From a virus (lineage: Duplodnaviria; Caudoviricetes), in the IMG/VR virus record IMGVR_UViG_3300021255_001748, positions 1 to 64,000 of that record: a stretch of 64,000 bases of DNA; one strand, written 5' to 3'. The notes beneath the pieces were generated by a model. It ran no database searches. It was given only the letters and a program-made list of their open reading frames with translations, and was not told the DNA's origin. Both the position numbers and the translations under genes were made by a program. This document shows positions 62,229 through 64,000 of the stretch, in pieces; positions within the stretch are counted from its first letter, which is position 1, and each line of letters begins with the position of its first letter.

Positions 62229-64000
62229 ATGCCAAAAACCTACGATATTAACTCAATTGAAAGTCTTACTTTTAAAGAGGGCGTAAGAAAAAGAATAAAC
62301 ATGTATTTAGGTTCTGATGATATTGAAGGCACATATCAGGCCCTTAAAGAAATCATCAACAATAGTACTGATGAAGCTCTCGCCGGATACGGTAAGAAAA
62401 TTGAAATTACTCTTGATGAGAGTATGAATAGAGTAGCAGTTCGTGACTATGGCCGCGGCTGCCCGTTTGGTATTCGTGAAAATGGTGAGAATGTACTTGT
62501 TTCTATTTATACTCAATCTCATACTGGCGGCAAGTTTTCTCACGATGCTTATAAAAATGCTTCAGGTCTTAATGGCATCGGAGGTAGCTGCGTATGTCTT
62601 TCAGCCGCAGAATTTACTGTAAAGAGTTATCGTGACGGGAAATGTGCGACTGCCTATTTCCAAAAGGGAGACCTTAAAGATTATAAAGAAGTTCGCACTA
62701 CGGTAAAAACTACCGGAACTTTTATTGAATTTATTCCAGACCCGGAAGTATTTTCTAATGGGCCTATTGGTTATTCTTATAGCCGTATTTGCCGCGATAT
62801 TCAGGATATTTCTTATCTATATCCAGGAATTGAATTTGTAGTTTCTAATGGAAACGATACAAAGACATATTGCGCTAAAAATGGTATCGTAGATTTCGTA
62901 GCTGAACAAGTAACAAAGCCTCTTCAAAAACATATCATTACCAGCTCAGCAACTGACGGCACTGACCAAGTTGAAATTGCTTTCCAATGGGGCAGCCGTC
63001 GTGAAACTCCATATGTCTTTGTAAATGGTCTCCGTTGTCCAGAGCTTGGAACCCCAGTAACTGGTGCGCGCAGTGCTATTACAAAGACGTTTAATTCACT
63101 ATCTGGCCAGGATTTTGATGGTGAATATATTCGTAATAATTTATTTTACGTAATTAATTGTAAAGTAGAAAATCCTTCATTTGCTAACCAAACCAAGACT
63201 AAAATTAACAACCCATCACTTCGTACTCTTGCAACTACTGCTTTCACTAACGCTCTAAAGGATATGTATGTAAAATATCCTTCAGAATTTACTACTATTG
63301 TAGAAATGCTGAAGAAAGTAGAGAAAGCAGAAGCTGCAGCAGAACGTGCTCGCAATGCAGTTCTCAATCTTGAAAAGAAAGAAACCGAACAAAAGAAGCA
63401 GAAGATTACTTCTTCTGATAAATTCAAAGATTGCGAAAAGCACGGCCAAGACTCAATGCTAATTATCTGCGAGGGTAATTCGGCACTTGGCGGCCTAATG
63501 CCTGCACGTGATGTAAATAAAGAAGCTCTTTATGCCGTAAGAGGTAAAGTAAAAAATCTTCTAAAACATCCGCTTGAAGAATGTCTTGAGAACCAAGAAA
63601 TCAGCGATATCATTATGGCACTTGGTTGCGGTATTCAAGAACGCTATAATAGTAAGAAATTAAACTATGGAAAAGTTGCTATTGCTGTTGACGCTGATGT
63701 TGACGGATATAATATTATGTGCCTTATCGCAACTATGTTCTATGTACTAATGCCAAAATTTATTATGGAAGACCGGCTATGTTGGCTTCGCGCTCCACTT
63801 TATCGTTTTACCCAAGGTGATAAACGACTATTTGCTTATACTGATGAAGAAGCAATCAAACTTCATCAACAGCACCCCAACTGGGAACAAGGCTATAATA
63901 AGGGCCTTGGTGAAATGACAGCTGCTGATATGGAAAATTCTATGATGCATCCCACTAATAGAAGACTGGAAGTTCTTACTATTAAAGATGTAGAACTAGC
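62229..64000 (+). CDS. gyrB: type II topoisomerase/gyrase subunit B (runs off the window end)
   Basis: EGVRKRINMYLG; EIINNSTDE; DYGRG; HTGGKF; GLNGIG; CEGNSA; RGKVKN; DADVDG; NKGLGEM. Confidence 0.9.
   Translation, partial: MPKTYDINSIESLTFKEGVRKRINMYLGSDDIEGTYQALKEIINNSTDEALAGYGKKIEITLDESMNRVAVRDYGRGCPFGIRENGENVLVSIYTQSHTGGKFSHDAYKNASGLNGIGGSCVCLSAAEFTVKSYRDGKCATAYFQKGDLKDYKEVRTTVKTTGTFIEFIPDPEVFSNGPIGYSYSRICRDIQDISYLYPGIEFVVSNGNDTKTYCAKNGIVDFVAEQVTKPLQKHIITSSATDGTDQVEIAFQWGSRRETPYVFVNGLRCPELGTPVTGARSAITKTFNSLSGQDFDGEYIRNNLFYVINCKVENPSFANQTKTKINNPSLRTLATTAFTNALKDMYVKYPSEFTTIVEMLKKVEKAEAAAERARNAVLNLEKKETEQKKQKITSSDKFKDCEKHGQDSMLIICEGNSALGGLMPARDVNKEALYAVRGKVKNLLKHPLEECLENQEISDIIMALGCGIQERYNSKKLNYGKVAIAVDADVDGYNIMCLIATMFYVLMPKFIMEDRLCWLRAPLYRFTQGDKRLFAYTDEEAIKLHQQHPNWEQGYNKGLGEMTAADMENSMMHPTNRRLEVLTIKDVEL

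Noticed and set aside
1-64000. rRNA, integrase, transposase, capsid, terminase or release factor genes
   Set aside because: No supporting motifs seen in this window; they may lie elsewhere in the genome.

Overview
This window is part of a large tailed-phage genome, probably infecting a gut Bacillota/Clostridia host (inferred from sigmaA-type promoters, GGAGG RBSs, an r1t-type holin, an HPr-like protein and a SpoIID domain). It reads TAG as Gln (code 15). In-frame TAG falls on conserved Gln positions (GHGVGMS-Q, VLVACEES-Q, AIAE-Q-WG, M-Q-SLPLEAK), and reading TAG as Gln fuses the fragmented ORF track into full genes. A CUA suppressor tRNA is present. Layout: small TAG-free genes (1-4.4 kb); a minus-strand three-domain endolysin; a TAG-rich tail/receptor-binding block with a spore-coat-like cluster (6-26.7 kb); a 14-kb RNA island (27.2-41 kb); an RNA repair set (kinase, phosphoesterase, RNA ligase); holins; nucleotide and replication genes; two tandem nucleobase permeases; an iteron origin beside a wHTH initiator; and a truncated type II topoisomerase B subunit. 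The RNA island holds 24 tRNAs, tmRNA, a group I intron, a GT8-GT2 glycosyltransferase, a PAPS-reductase-family gene and several large unexplained structured RNAs. Best novelty candidate: an anticodon-less mini-tRNA nested exactly in the anticodon loop of tRNA-Pro (37324-37380). Host RNase P and RNase Z could excise it and the phage RNA ligase could re-seal the tRNA. All domain calls are by-eye motif recognition; no searches were run.
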